NCBI GenBank assembly: GCA_963758525.1 | Contig: CAVWVQ010000003.1 | Coordinates: forward strand, 4,288,001-4,352,000 | Reading direction: 5' to 3' | DNA: 64,000 nucleotides | DNA from: an uncultured Phycisphaerales bacterium | Lineage (GTDB): Bacteria > Planctomycetota > Phycisphaerae > Tepidisphaerales > Tepidisphaeraceae | Part shown: positions 29,273 to 40,296 of the stretch, one piece after another | How positions within the stretch are numbered: the first letter of the stretch is position 1 | Layout of the letters: the number at the start of each line of letters is the position of its first letter | Made by a program: the position numbers and the translations under genes | The notes under the pieces: model-generated | Seen by the model: the letters and a program-made list of their open reading frames with translations, nothing else | Database searches by the model: none | What the model was told of the DNA's origin: nothing

Positions 29273-30525
29273 ATGGGTCTATCCCTCAAGCTCGCAATTT
29301 TGGCCGACGCGGCGAAATACGACGCGTCATGTGCGAGCAGCGGGTCGCTTCGTGCCAACCCCGGGCGAGGCATTGGCAACACCGAGAAAATCGGCATCTG
29401 CCATAGTTATACGCCCGACGGAAGATGCGTTTCGCTGCTGAAGATCCTGCTGACCAACTATTGCATTTACGATTGCCGATATTGCATCAATCGCGCCTCC
29501 AGCGACACGCCACGAGCGCGCTTCACGCCGGAGGAAGTGGTCCGGCTCACTCTCGAATTCTACCGTCGCAACTATATCGAGGGGTTGTTCCTCAGCTCGG
29601 GCATCATCCAATCGCCCGACTACACGATGGAGCAACTGGTGCGCGTCGCACAACTCCTCCGGGAGGTGCACGAGTTTTTCGGCTACATCCACCTGAAGGC
29701 CGTGCCGGGTGCGTCGCCGGCATTGCTCGCGCAGGCGGGGAAATACGCCGATCGACTCAGCACCAACGTCGAGTTGCCCACGGATGCTGATCTGGCCAGG
29801 CTCGCGCCGGAGAAGAAGCCGATCGAAATTCAGTCGGCCATGGCACAGATTCGGGATGGTGTTGCCGCATCGAAGGAGGAGCGGGCAAGTGACAGCCGCG
29901 CGCCCGGGTTCGCGCCGGCGGGCCAGAGCACGCAACTGATTGTGGGCGCTACGCCGAGCACCGATGCCACCATTCTTGCGACCGCCTCGCAGCTCTATCG
30001 TCGTCAGCAGTTGCGGCGGGTTTATTACTCTGCGTACAGCCCGATTCCGCGATCGGACGACCGACTGCCTGCGCAGTCTCCCCCGCTGCGCGCGAGCATC
30101 GCCTTTATCAGGCCGATTGGCTCATTCGCTTCTACGGCTTTTCGAGCTCCGAGTTAACGACGGCTGGCGAGCCGAACCTCGACTTGTCGATCGATCCGAA
30201 GCTCGCCTGGGCGCTGCGGCATCGCGAGTTTTTCCCGCTCGACATCAACAAAGCCTCCCGCTCCGCGCTCCAACGCATTCCCGGGCTGGGCGTGCGGAAC
30301 GTCGAGCGTATCTTGAGCTCCCGACGATTCCGCGCTGTGCGGCTGGGGGATTTGCAGCGCCTCGGCGTCTCCCTGAAGAAGCTACGGCCGTTTGTGCTTT
30401 GCGCCGATCACAACCCGGATGCGGCGATGATCGATCGCATCGATTTGCGCAATCGCGTTACGTCGGCACATCAGCAGTTGGAGCTGTTTCAGACACGCGT
30501 CGCTGTTACGAGTGGTGAGTTATGA
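29273..30525 (+). CDS. Putative DNA modification/repair radical SAM protein with HhH (frameshift near 30090)
   Basis: AKYDASCASSG, CIYDCRYC, PAGQSTQ, DPKLAWAL, RIPGLG. Confidence 0.9.
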
Positions 30526-32043
30526 CAGCAATCGTCACCGCATGTTTTGTTCATGATTTTGAGGATTGGCGTGCTGAAGCGCGTCGGCTGCTCGCCGAGG
30601 GGATTAGGCCGGACGATGTGTTATGGAGCGAAGAGGCCGAGAATTTGTTTGGGACGAAAGTGACGCTTCGAGAAGCCGGCGGCAACGCTCAATTGGGGAC
30701 GAGCGCCAGGCCGCAACTGGAATTCCCGACTTACGACGCGGTGAAGAAACGCGCGCTGCGCGCCCGTTTCTTCTCGATTTCACGTTCCGCCTCAGTTTGT
30801 GAAAATTGCCCGCTCCGTCGTTTATTTCAGGGCTGCCTCGGCAGCCCGCACGTTGTACCGTGTCCTCTGGCGGCTCACGCACGGCGAGCCCGAACTGCTA
30901 AAGCTGGCGATCGATGACGACGTTCACACGCTGTTGCAAATGGAGAAAGCCGTTCGCCGCGACGAACACAAGATGCACGCGTTCGTGCGTTTCCGCCGGG
31001 TGGAATCCGAAGGCGGCGAGGAATATGTCGCCTGGCATCGGCCGGACCATCCGATCGTGGCGCTCGCGGCCCCGTTTTTCGTACGCCGTTTCGGAGCGAT
31101 GCGCTGGACAATCCTCACCCCCGATGCCAGCGCACGATGGGACACCGCTTCGCTGGAGTTCGGTCCAGGCGCGCCACGATCCGCGGCGCCGGCTGATGAT
31201 GAGCTTGAAGACCTTTGGCGCACGTATTACGGGGCCATCTTCAACCCGGCTCGCATCAAGCTTCGAGCGATGCGGAAAGAGATGCCCGTTCGGCACTGGG
31301 CGACTCTGCCGGAAACGCGGATGATCGATCGTCTTTTGCAGGAAGCGCCGGCGCGCATGGAGGAGATGATGAAACGGCAAGCCGACTGTCCGACTGCCGA
31401 GTCAGCGGCGGAATTTCTTCCGAAACGGATTGAATTGCCGCTGCTCGCCAAAGCGGCGAAAACCTGCAAGGGCTGTTCGCTTTACTGTCATGCGACTCAG
31501 ACCGTTTTCGGCGAGGGACCCGCCGACGCGCTCGTTATTTTCGTTGGCGAGCAGCCGGGCGATCAGGAGGATCTGGCCGGCAAACCTTTCGTCGGCCCTG
31601 CGGGGCGATTGCTGGATGAAGTTATGGTCGAAGCCGGCATCGATCGATCACAGGTCTATGTCACCAATGCCGTGAAGCATTTCAAATTTGAAGAGCGCGG
31701 CAAACGTCGAATCCATTCCAAACCCTCGGCACGCGAAGTTGCCGCCTGCAAACCGTGGCTCGAGGCGGAAATCGCCGCGATTCAGCCGAAGCTGATGGTC
31801 TGTTTGGCGCAACCGCCGCGCAGGCGCTGCTCGGCCCCGCATTTCGCGTGACGCGCGATCGTGGAAAATTAATTCCCTTTGAGAACGGCGCGTCGGTCAT
31901 CGCCACGGTTCACCCTTCGTCGCTGTTGCGAATTCCCGACCCCGAAGGTCGCGCGGAGGCCCGCGCAGTTTGCCGACGACCTGCGCGTGGTTGCGAAGCG
32001 CATGAGCGGTGGCGTTACTGCTTCACCGGATTTCGCCCGATGA
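30522..32043 (+). CDS. udgX: DUF4130-UdgX uracil-DNA binding protein fusion (several frameshifts)
   Basis: RRDEHKMHAFVRF, FNPAR (DUF4130); GEQPGDQED, KRRIHSKP (UdgX R-loop), TVHPSS. Confidence 0.85.
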
Positions 32044-32785
32044 CGGGGAACTGATCCAGATCAACAACCGATCCCGAAATCGGCCGGCTTTCGTCCGACA
32101 GCCAGTAGACCGCGGCAGCGGCAATGTCGCCCGGCATGATCAATCGCCCCGACGGCGCGAACGCCGCCGGCGGATGCTCGTGCCAACCTGGCTCGAGACC
32201 TTCGCGAATTTTGAGGGTGCGTTCGTTCTCCGACAGCACCCAGCCAGGATTGAGTTGATTCACCCGGACCCGGTCGCGTCCCAGCGCATCGGCAAGATTA
32301 CGCGTCATTGTGATCAGCGCGCCTTTCGAGATGCTGTACGCCAACTGATTTGCCTCGCCGCAGTAGGCGTTGACCGAGCCGATATTCAGTACGCAGCCTT
32401 GCCGTTTCAGGAGGTGGGGAAGTGCCGCACGAACCAGCAGCAGGGGAGCCCGCACATTGATCGCCATCGCGCGGTCGAACACGGCGGCGTCGGTTGTCTG
32501 GATGTCGCTGCGGACAACCCATGCCGCGTTGTTGACCACCGCATCAATCTGCCCGAATGACGCGAGGGCGGCGCCGACGATGCGGGAAGGCGCATTCGGA
32601 TCGACCAGGTCGTCGATGTGCAAATACGCGAACGCTCCCAATTCAGCCGCGACTTTTTCTCCCAGTTCCCGTTCCAATCCGTGGACGAGCACTTTGGCGC
32701 CCTCTTCCACGCATTTCCGCGCAATGGCTTCGCCAATACCGGTGGTGCTGCCTGTAACGATGATGACTTTGTCTTGGAGTCGCAT
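32015..32785 (-). CDS. SDR family oxidoreductase
   Basis: TGSTTGIG, NNA, YSISK. Confidence 0.92.
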   Translation of the reverse strand: MRLQDKVIIVTGSTTGIGEAIARKCVEEGAKVLVHGLERELGEKVAAELGAFAYLHIDDLVDPNAPSRIVGAALASFGQIDAVVNNAAWVVRSDIQTTDAAVFDRAMAINVRAPLLLVRAALPHLLKRQGCVLNIGSVNAYCGEANQLAYSISKGALITMTRNLADALGRDRVRVNQLNPGWVLSENERTLKIREGLEPGWHEHPPAAFAPSGRLIMPGDIAAAAVYWLSDESRPISGSVVDLDQFPVIGRNPVKQ

Positions 32786-32870
32786 TCAGTTCACACGTCT
32801 ACCGAGCCCACTGAATCGTAATCGAAATTGTTTGTCCCCTCCGCTAGCACTGAGTACGATTTTGATCGAC

Positions 32871-33536
32871 ATGGTCACACTTGCAGATCCGATCGTCCAC
32901 ACCGCGCCGCTCACCATGGCTGATCTGCTGCATCAACTCGGCGACATTCCGCCGTTTCGCGTCCGGCTTCGGCCGCCCCCGGGAGAAGCAACCGAGAGCG
33001 ATGTTCTTGCCTTGCACGATCATGAAAATCGTCTCTTCGAGTTGGTAGACGGTGTTCTCGTGGAGAAAGCAATGGGGTTCCGGGAATCAGCGCTGGCGAT
33101 CTTCATAGCAGCGGTTCTGAGTTCGTTCGTCCGTCGCGCGAACCTGGGCATCGTCACTGGCGCGGACGGGATGATGCGTCTGTTTCCGAAGAACGTCCGC
33201 ATTCCCGATGTTGCTTACGTCAGTTGGCATCGGGTTCCCGACCGACGGATGCCTACCGCGCCAATTCCGGATTTGGCTCCCGATCTCGCAGTCGAGGTCT
33301 TGAGCAAGAGCAACACTGCCGCTGAAATGAAGCGAAAGCGCCGAGAATATTTCGCGGCCGGGTGCAGCTTGGTATGGATGGTTGATCCCGATACTCGAAC
33401 CGTGGCCGTTTTCACCTCCGAGGAAGCTGTGGTAATGTTGGAAGAAAATGCCCAATTGACTGGCGGCGAATTGCTTCCGGGATTCAGCCTCTCGATCAAG
33501 GAGTTGTTCGCAGAGTTGGATCGGCAGGGAAACTGA
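32871..33536 (+). CDS. Uma2 family endonuclease
   Basis: ELVDG, RIPDVAYV, PDLAVEVLS, K.REYF.AG..VW.VDP. Confidence 0.92.
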   Translation: MVTLADPIVHTAPLTMADLLHQLGDIPPFRVRLRPPPGEATESDVLALHDHENRLFELVDGVLVEKAMGFRESALAIFIAAVLSSFVRRANLGIVTGADGMMRLFPKNVRIPDVAYVSWHRVPDRRMPTAPIPDLAPDLAVEVLSKSNTAAEMKRKRREYFAAGCSLVWMVDPDTRTVAVFTSEEAVVMLEENAQLTGGELLPGFSLSIKELFAELDRQGN

Positions 33537-33606
33537 TTCTGATGACAAACGGCCGAACTTGCCCCGCTCGATCATCCGATATAAGATTTGGAGTTCCTTT
33601 ACCACC

Positions 33607-33988
33607 GGGGGCGATCGGTTTCGACCGGATGGCTACGGTGGCAGTGGCATGCCCAGGACGCACAGTTGGCCTGGTTAAACACCTGTGCAAACATTAACTG
33701 CTGACACCAACAGTGTTGCAGGCCGAATCGGCTTCGCGGCCGGTCCGGTTCGAATGGCTGCCTAATTTAGGTGGTCTGGGCATAGTGCGGACGCCCGCGA
33801 CGCGCTAGCCCAAACAGCGGGCTGGTTCCTTCATTCGGACGTCGATGAAGGAATGAGAAACAGACGTCTGGGTTTGGCCGAAGGGTGTCGCTCTTCGTCG
33901 GTCAGATCGAGATTAAAAGAACGACTACGCATGTAGAGGCTGCCATCCGTGTTATCTTGGGACGAGGGTTCAATTCCCTCCGCCTCCA
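33607..33988 (+). ncRNA. ssrA: tmRNA
   Basis: 5' GGGGGCGAT..TTCGAC; 3' GAGGGTTCAATTCCCTCCGCCTCCA; tag ORF 33700..33765 ADTNSVAGRIGFAAGPVRMAA*. Confidence 0.97.
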
Positions 33989-34115
33989 TTCGACTCGCTG
34001 CGCTCGCTCATGGCGAGCCAGCGAAGGAAAGTTAGGAACACCTGAGCGAGTAACGACGCTCCGATGTAAGAAGCAGCGAGTCGAATGCCCTGAGTAAGCA
34101 ACGCGCATCGAATGG
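33989..34115. repeat. GIY-YIG-associated palindromic repeats
   Basis: TTCGACTCGCTGCGCTCGCTCA followed by inverted TGAGCGAG..GCGAGTCGAA and TGAGT..TCGAATGG. Confidence 0.65.
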
Positions 34116-34140
34116 GCGCTCACCCAACAGCAGCTGCGCC

Positions 34141-34425
34141 AGTTCCTTTTTTGTCTGCATTCTCCAATGGGCCGATGGCTCTCTCTATGTCGGTCACACC
34201 CGTGACGTTAGGGAAAGAGTGCGAGCGCACAATGACGGTCGCGGAGCGACGTGGACCGCCTGTCGTCTTCCGGTTCGACTGGTTTACAGGGAACCTCGAC
34301 ATTCCGAAGGACATGCCGTAGCTCGCGAACGCCAAATCAAACGGTGGACTCAAGCCAAGAAACTGTCATTGATAAAAGGTGACCTAGGCAAATTGAAATC
34401 GCTCGCGAAGCGTCGAATTCGCTGA
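34141..34425 (+). pseudogene. GIY-YIG nuclease (YhbQ-like), no clear start, VYIL changed to VCIL
   Basis: FVCIL..ADGSLYVGHT..R..HN.G.GA.WT..R.PV.LVY..A..RE.QIK.W. Confidence 0.75.
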
Positions 34426-34670
34426 TTTCGCGCGCAGAGTCACGAGCGCGGATTGCCAATGTATCAGAACGGAAACTTGGATCGCGGATCGGCGCAGGAG
34501 TTTGTGCCTCTTCTGGAGGTGGCCCGGCGCAAAGACTCGGTTGCTGACGATGCACATCCACCGCTTCGCAAGCAGATCGGAGCGATTGCGAATATGATCA
34601 GCCAGCGGTTGGCAGACAGAGCCCCGTTCGGACACTAAACTGACGAAGAACCTTCTGGAGAAACGAGCAC

Positions 34671-35636
34671 ATGAATATGCAGAACGATCGCAACGGACTT
34701 ATCAATCGGCGTCATTTTCTTGCCGGGGCCGCGGCGGCGGTTGTCGGCGCATCGGCCTTGGGCGGGAGCCGCGCCTGGGCCGAGGAAACTTCCGGCGGCA
34801 GCGGAAAGCCGAACTCGGTCATCAGCGGTGTGCGCATCGGCTGCATCACCTACAGCTATCGCGACAGCGCCAAAACGGCCGAGCAGACGCTCAAAGCGCT
34901 CCTCGAAGACGGCCTGAGCGAGACCGAACTGATGGACACGCCGATCCGTGCGTACACCGGCATTGGCGGAGAGAACAAGAAGGGCCCCAAAGGCGAATTT
35001 CTTGCGCCAAAGCTTTCAGACGAGGCCATGGCCAAGGTCCGCGAAGCCGAGCTGGCCAAGTGTGTCGAGCTGCGCAAGATGTATAACGACGCCGGTGTCA
35101 ACATCCACATTCACAAAACCCCGTTCGGCTCCAGCGACGCAGACATCGAGTTTAACTTCCAGATCGCCAAGGCACTGGGCTGCAAAGCAATCACCACCGA
35201 GCGCAACGACAAGCTGGCCAAGAAGCTCGCGCCTTTTGCCGAGAAGCACAAGATCTACGTTGCGTTCCACAATCACACCAACAACGTTCCGAAGATCGAT
35301 GAGCCTGATCCGCTTTTCGAGATCAGTCCGTACATCGCGTTCAACCTCGATATCGGCCACTACGTCGCCGGCACCAAGGGGAAGAGCCCGATCCCGGTGA
35401 TCGAAAAGTACCACGAGCGGATTATCAGTCTGCATCTGAAGGACCGCACCGCTGACGGCGCCAACCTCCCCTGGGGTCAGGGACAGACGCCGATCAAGGA
35501 AGTGCTGCAACTGCTCAAGAAAGAGCAATGGCCGATCTACGGCGACATCGAGCTTGAGTACGCCATCCCCAAAGGCTCCACTTCCGTGGCGGAAGTGGCC
35601 AAGTGCGTGCAGTATTGCCGGGAGGCGCTGGCGTAG
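34671..35636 (+). CDS. Tat-exported sugar phosphate isomerase/epimerase (TIM barrel)
   Basis: NRRHFL Tat motif; HNH, DIGH, HLKD, IELEY. Confidence 0.88.
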   Translation: MNMQNDRNGLINRRHFLAGAAAAVVGASALGGSRAWAEETSGGSGKPNSVISGVRIGCITYSYRDSAKTAEQTLKALLEDGLSETELMDTPIRAYTGIGGENKKGPKGEFLAPKLSDEAMAKVREAELAKCVELRKMYNDAGVNIHIHKTPFGSSDADIEFNFQIAKALGCKAITTERNDKLAKKLAPFAEKHKIYVAFHNHTNNVPKIDEPDPLFEISPYIAFNLDIGHYVAGTKGKSPIPVIEKYHERIISLHLKDRTADGANLPWGQGQTPIKEVLQLLKKEQWPIYGDIELEYAIPKGSTSVAEVAKCVQYCREALA

Positions 35637-35659
35637 CAGCCCGTGTTGCGGGCTCTTCC

Positions 35660-35823
35660 ACTTTTAGCTTTTTCATTTTTCACTTCTCATTTTTCATTGC
35701 TGCCCAGCGCACGAGCAAGAAAGCTAAAATGATAAATGATAAATGAAAAAGCTAAAAGTTCGGGGAAGTCGACTCCCCGCTGAACCCTGAACCCTGAATC
35801 CTGAACCCTGAATCCTGAACCCT
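35660..35823. repeat. Heptamer-based hairpin and tandem CCTGAA(C/T) repeats
   Basis: 19-bp inverted repeat 35660..35678 / 35741..35759; about six CCTGAAY units to 35823. Confidence 0.85.
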
Positions 35824-35929
35824 CACAACCGGGTCGGCCCGGCGGAGTGTCAGAGCCCGACCAAATCATGGCGCGTTGTTGCCGAACCGCCGGGCAAGAT
35901 CGGGCCGGAAGAGCTTACGCACGGCCCGC

Positions 35930-37465
35930 ATGGACCATTCCGTACCCTCCACCAATCTGCCGGATATTTGCGGCTTGGAGTCTGCCGTCGGCGAAGCCAC
36001 GGCGCAGCGAGCCTCGGTATTTCTGCCGGAGAGCGGCGTGGATTTTGCGAGCATCCGCGGCGCTTTTTCGATAGCGCTGCATATGCATCAGCCGCTGATC
36101 CCCGCCGGGGGCGGTGATCTTCGCACCGCCGCAATCATCAGCAATCTGCGGTTCATGCGGGAACATCCGGAGGTGCAGGATGCTCACAACGCGCCGGTTT
36201 TCTTGTGGTGTTACCAGCGCATGGGCGAGTTCATTCCGCAACTGGTGAGGGAGGGCGCGCAGCCGCGGGTGATGCTCGATTATTCGGGATGTCTGCTGCA
36301 CGGGCTGCAGGAGATGGGCGCGCCCGGCGTGATCGAATCGCTGCAGCCGCTGGCTCGGGATCCAGAGCTGCGGCGGTGCGTCGAATGGCTCGGGACGGCC
36401 TGGGGCCATGCGGTTGCGCCGTCGACGCCGGTGCAGGATTTTCGTTTGCACGTGAGCGCGTGGCAGCAACACTTCGCGGCGACGTTCGGGCTTGAAGCGC
36501 TCAGCCGGGTGCGCGGATTTTCGCCGCCGGAGATGGCGCTGCCCAATCATCCGGACTGCTGCTACGAGTTTGTCCGCACGCTCCTCGACCACGGCTATCG
36601 CTGGGTGCTGGTGCAGGAACATTCCATCGAGCGCGCGGACGACGGCGGCAAGATCGACCGGCCGCATGTGCCTCATCGGCTGATCGCGCGCAACTTGCGG
36701 GGCCAATGCCTCAGCATCATCGCCATCATCAAAACGCAGGGGAGCGACACGAAGCTGGTCGGCCAGATGCAGCCGTTTTACGAGGCAAAGGGACTTCCCC
36801 GCGCACCGGTCGCCGGCCGAGAGATACCGCAAATCAGCACGCAGATCGGCGACGGTGAGAACGGCGGGGTGATGATGAATGAGTTCCCCTCCAAGTTCAT
36901 GCAGGTGATGCGCGAAGCCGCCAACTCCGCGACGCCGGCAATGAATGTGACGGAGTATCTGGAGCACTTGGCCGCGATGGGCGTGAGCGAAGTTGATTTG
37001 CCCGCGGCGCGTCCCATTTTTCAGAAGCGACTGTTCGATCGCCTCGAGGCTGAGTCAGGGCGCGATTCATTGCGCCGATTGATTGGCGCGGATGCAGAGC
37101 GGCGGGATGAATCCCGCCCTACGAAGCTCGAACGTGACGGCGGCGAGAGCCTGCCGGGCGTCATCGAGCAGCTTCGCCGGGAAGACAACCGATTCCACAT
37201 GGATGGCGGCAGTTGGACCGGCGACATCTCGTGGGTGCGTGGCTACGAGAACGTGCTGGGCCCGATGGAGGCGGTCAGCGCCCTCTTCTCAGCGAAAATA
37301 TTGCAGCCTGGCGTTTTGCCGTCTGATCCCCGCTATCGCAATGCGCTCTTTCATTTGCTGATCACCCAAACGAGCTGTTTTCGGTATTGGGGCCAGGGAG
37401 TGTGGACGGATTATGCGCGGGAGTTGTGCCGTCGGGCGACGCAACTGCTTTTGGGAGAATCGTGA
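35930..37465 (+). CDS. Glycoside hydrolase family 57 protein
   Basis: LHMHQP, GFSPPEM, DGENGG, TSCFRYWG. Confidence 0.88.
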   Translation: MDHSVPSTNLPDICGLESAVGEATAQRASVFLPESGVDFASIRGAFSIALHMHQPLIPAGGGDLRTAAIISNLRFMREHPEVQDAHNAPVFLWCYQRMGEFIPQLVREGAQPRVMLDYSGCLLHGLQEMGAPGVIESLQPLARDPELRRCVEWLGTAWGHAVAPSTPVQDFRLHVSAWQQHFAATFGLEALSRVRGFSPPEMALPNHPDCCYEFVRTLLDHGYRWVLVQEHSIERADDGGKIDRPHVPHRLIARNLRGQCLSIIAIIKTQGSDTKLVGQMQPFYEAKGLPRAPVAGREIPQISTQIGDGENGGVMMNEFPSKFMQVMREAANSATPAMNVTEYLEHLAAMGVSEVDLPAARPIFQKRLFDRLEAESGRDSLRRLIGADAERRDESRPTKLERDGGESLPGVIEQLRREDNRFHMDGGSWTGDISWVRGYENVLGPMEAVSALFSAKILQPGVLPSDPRYRNALFHLLITQTSCFRYWGQGVWTDYARELCRRATQLLLGES

Positions 37466-37548
37466 TTGGCGCCCGATTGTTTCTTCGTCGCCAAAGAACT
37501 ACCGTGTTCCACGAAGCAGCCAACTCCTACCAGAAAGTCGAAATTACC

Positions 37549-37680
37549 ATGGGCGACAGATCACCGAAGGCAGTTCAAAAACAAGCGTCACAGAAGAAAG
37601 CCAAGACCGACAGTGCCGATCAGAAGAAGAAGCAGGACCTGGCGGCCAAAGCCAAAGCGAATATTGGCAAGAAGAAGTAG
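37549..37680 (+). CDS. Small Lys-rich peptide
   Basis: MGDRSPK..KQ..QKK..GKKK, 43 aa. Confidence 0.6.
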   Translation: MGDRSPKAVQKQASQKKAKTDSADQKKKQDLAAKAKANIGKKK

Positions 37681-38132
37681 CGGGAAGCCTTCGCTATTTT
37701 GCGCTCTGCGAATTAGCAGGCAATGCGAGTGATCCGTGCCGCCTGCGCCGTTCGTCGCGGATGTTTTGCAGCCACGTGGTAAACTTCGCGAAGCGCTGGA
37801 AGTCGCTGATGATTGCGAGCGAAGGGACCGCACGTAGACTAAAGGCGTGCCACCAACCAAACCGCCGCTCGACTTCTCCAACCAGATCAACCTCACGAAC
37901 GTCCTGCACGGCATGCGGGTTTTCTGGTTGCCGCTGAGCGTGGCCTTTGGAGCGATAGTGATCATCGGTCTGGTACGCGCTGTATTCTCGCGCCCCCGCT
38001 CACGAGCCCGCGGCCGCTCCTAGCGACGCCGCTGACGTGCGATTGTGTCGAGGCTATTTTAGCCTGCCGAGCATTTTCCGCACATTCATTCGCAACAAGA
38101 CAAAGCCGTTTTACGAAACGAGGCAATGATCG

Positions 38133-40218
38133 ATGGAGAACGGTATGCATTCTGACGGCAGCCCCATGCTCAGCATCTGGTTCGGAAATTTCTTTGAGCC
38201 ATTCTTCAGCGACCGCGAAAGTGTCCGCCGGGGCATCGCCGAGGTGGCCGAACTTGGGTTCAACAGCATCAATCTCGACTCCAAGGCATGGGAGGACTTC
38301 TTCGCGCGCTATCGCGGCGAACCCGCAAGCCCTTACGTCGCGATGCAGGAATTCATGATGCAGGAGGCCGCCGCGCGAGGGTTGGATTACTCGCACCTGG
38401 CTCTGTATCTCTGCGGCGACAACCTCTATCCGACCATTCGCGACGTGCCGCCTGTGCGGGGCGAAGAGCCGATGCTTCCCGACGGCAAACCGATGGGGAC
38501 CTACAAATATTGGTCACCCCGCGCGCAGCAGACGATGGTCGATCACGTGCGCGGCCTGCTCAAGCTGTATCGCAACGGCATGCGGCGTCTGCCCGGCACG
38601 CCGCCGCGCATCGTCATGCAGACGATGTTTGAGCCGATCCCCAAACCGAGCTTCGACGCGGAAGGAAAGCAGCGATATCTGGCGTGGCTCGAAAGACGCT
38701 ATGAAGGCAATATTGCAAAGCTCAATCAACGGTACGGAATTTCCGCGACGGCCTTCGCGCAACTGAAGCCCTGCGAGTATTGGCTGCGCCCGGGGAATTG
38801 AACTGGGTGGATTGCGCGTCCGACCCTGGAAGATTTTGAGAAGCGGACGCCGGACTTTCATCGCTGGATTGACAATCAAACCTATCTGGCTGGCGAGCTG
38901 GAGGAATATCTCGCCACAATGAAGCGGCATTGGCGCGAGCTGGATCCGGAACTCTTCGCCGAACCGGTGCTCCATCAATGGGGCTACTTCTTCAATCCCC
39001 CGGGCCAAACGATGTGGCAGACAGGCCAGCGGGCGCTGGACATCTACCGCTGCGCAGCACACGTCGATGGTGTGTTATTTATCGCGTCTCCGCTGAATGC
39101 CGACAATCGCGCCGATGCGATGGCGCTGAGCGTTGAAGGTTCGATCATGCGCTGCGCGAGCGAGAGTCGGCCGTTCACCGCCGGGCTCTACCTCGGGCGT
39201 CATGTAAACGGCGACATTTACAGCGTCGTGCCTCCCGCCGAAGCGATCGGAACGCTCGTCGCCGCGGGCGCGAAGCGAATGCACAATTACGGCTATAGCG
39301 GTCTTGACGATGGCGGCGTTCTGTTCCGGATGGACCCGGTCTTCAAAGACTCCCTGCGCGGGAAATCGTTGGGCCGCGGACGTAATTCCGCTCCTCGAGC
39401 AGCCGCGCCGCCGTGAGGTTGCGATTTTGTTCCCCGCCGAGATGAGTCTGTATGAACCGCTCGAAGTCGATGTTGAAGGCCGGCATCGGATGGATTTGCT
39501 GGGCTGGTATTCCCAGTTCGCGGATCTCGGGTGGCATGTCGATATCCTGCATCCGGCCCAGGTCGCCGCTGGCACGCTGGCGCAGTACAAGCATCTGGTC
39601 GTTCCGCATGATTCACTCTACGACCTGGGCGACAACGCGGCGCTCGAAGCCGCGGTCAGCAAATTTGTGACTGAAGGAGGCACGCTGCTGCACGGGCCGC
39701 ACTGCGAATTGGCGCGGCGAGCGCTTGGCATCGAGGAAGCGGCCTGCGAATTCGACTGCATCCAGTGGGAGGAAGAGGTGATTCCGCACGGCTGGTCCAC
39801 CGTCGCGTTTCGCGGCGGAAAGGCGCTGGGAACGTACATCCGGACCGGCGATCGCGCGATCGCCCAAACCGACGTCGGCGCCGGACGCGTTCTCTCATTC
39901 GGCTTTCAATACGGCTACGCCTATTCGCGCCGCACGATGCCGATTGTTCCGCCCGCGTACGGCCGGCGTGAGATGCATCCGGTGGTGCTGCTGAAGGAAA
40001 CTCCCATCGCGGCGCTCATCGGCTCATCCCCGCTGCTGCCCATCGCGCCGGTCAAGGGTCTGGAGTTCGCACGATTTGGCAATCGTCTTGTCCTCGTCAA
40101 CCATCGGTCCAGCCCATTGGACATCAGCAAAATGAGCGCAGCGCGCACATTGCCGCAAGTACCATCTGCTCCCGGCTGGCTCGCCGCGCACTCCGCGACG
40201 TACATCGAATTGGCGTGA
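38133..40218 (+). CDS. GH42-like beta-galactosidase with trimerisation domain (two frameshifts)
   Basis: AELGFN, WLE.RY..I..LN..YG, Y.HLVVP..FV.EGG.LL; three consecutive ORF pieces. Confidence 0.7.
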
Positions 40219-40247
40219 GACGGGGCAGCGCGGGGTTCGCGAGCCGC

Positions 40248-40277
40248 TCGCAGCCGCGGATGTACATCCGCGGCTTC
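40248..40277. repeat. Palindromic REP-like element
   Basis: TCGCAGCCGCGGATGTACATCCGCGGCTTC, identical at 51285..51314. Confidence 0.85.
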
Positions 40278-40296
40278 TTTCCTGTTGGATCTCTTC

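Noticed and set aside
33607..33988. tmRNA as integration site of the PolB element
   Set aside because: No duplicate of its 3' end was found in the window, and core genes separate it from the element.
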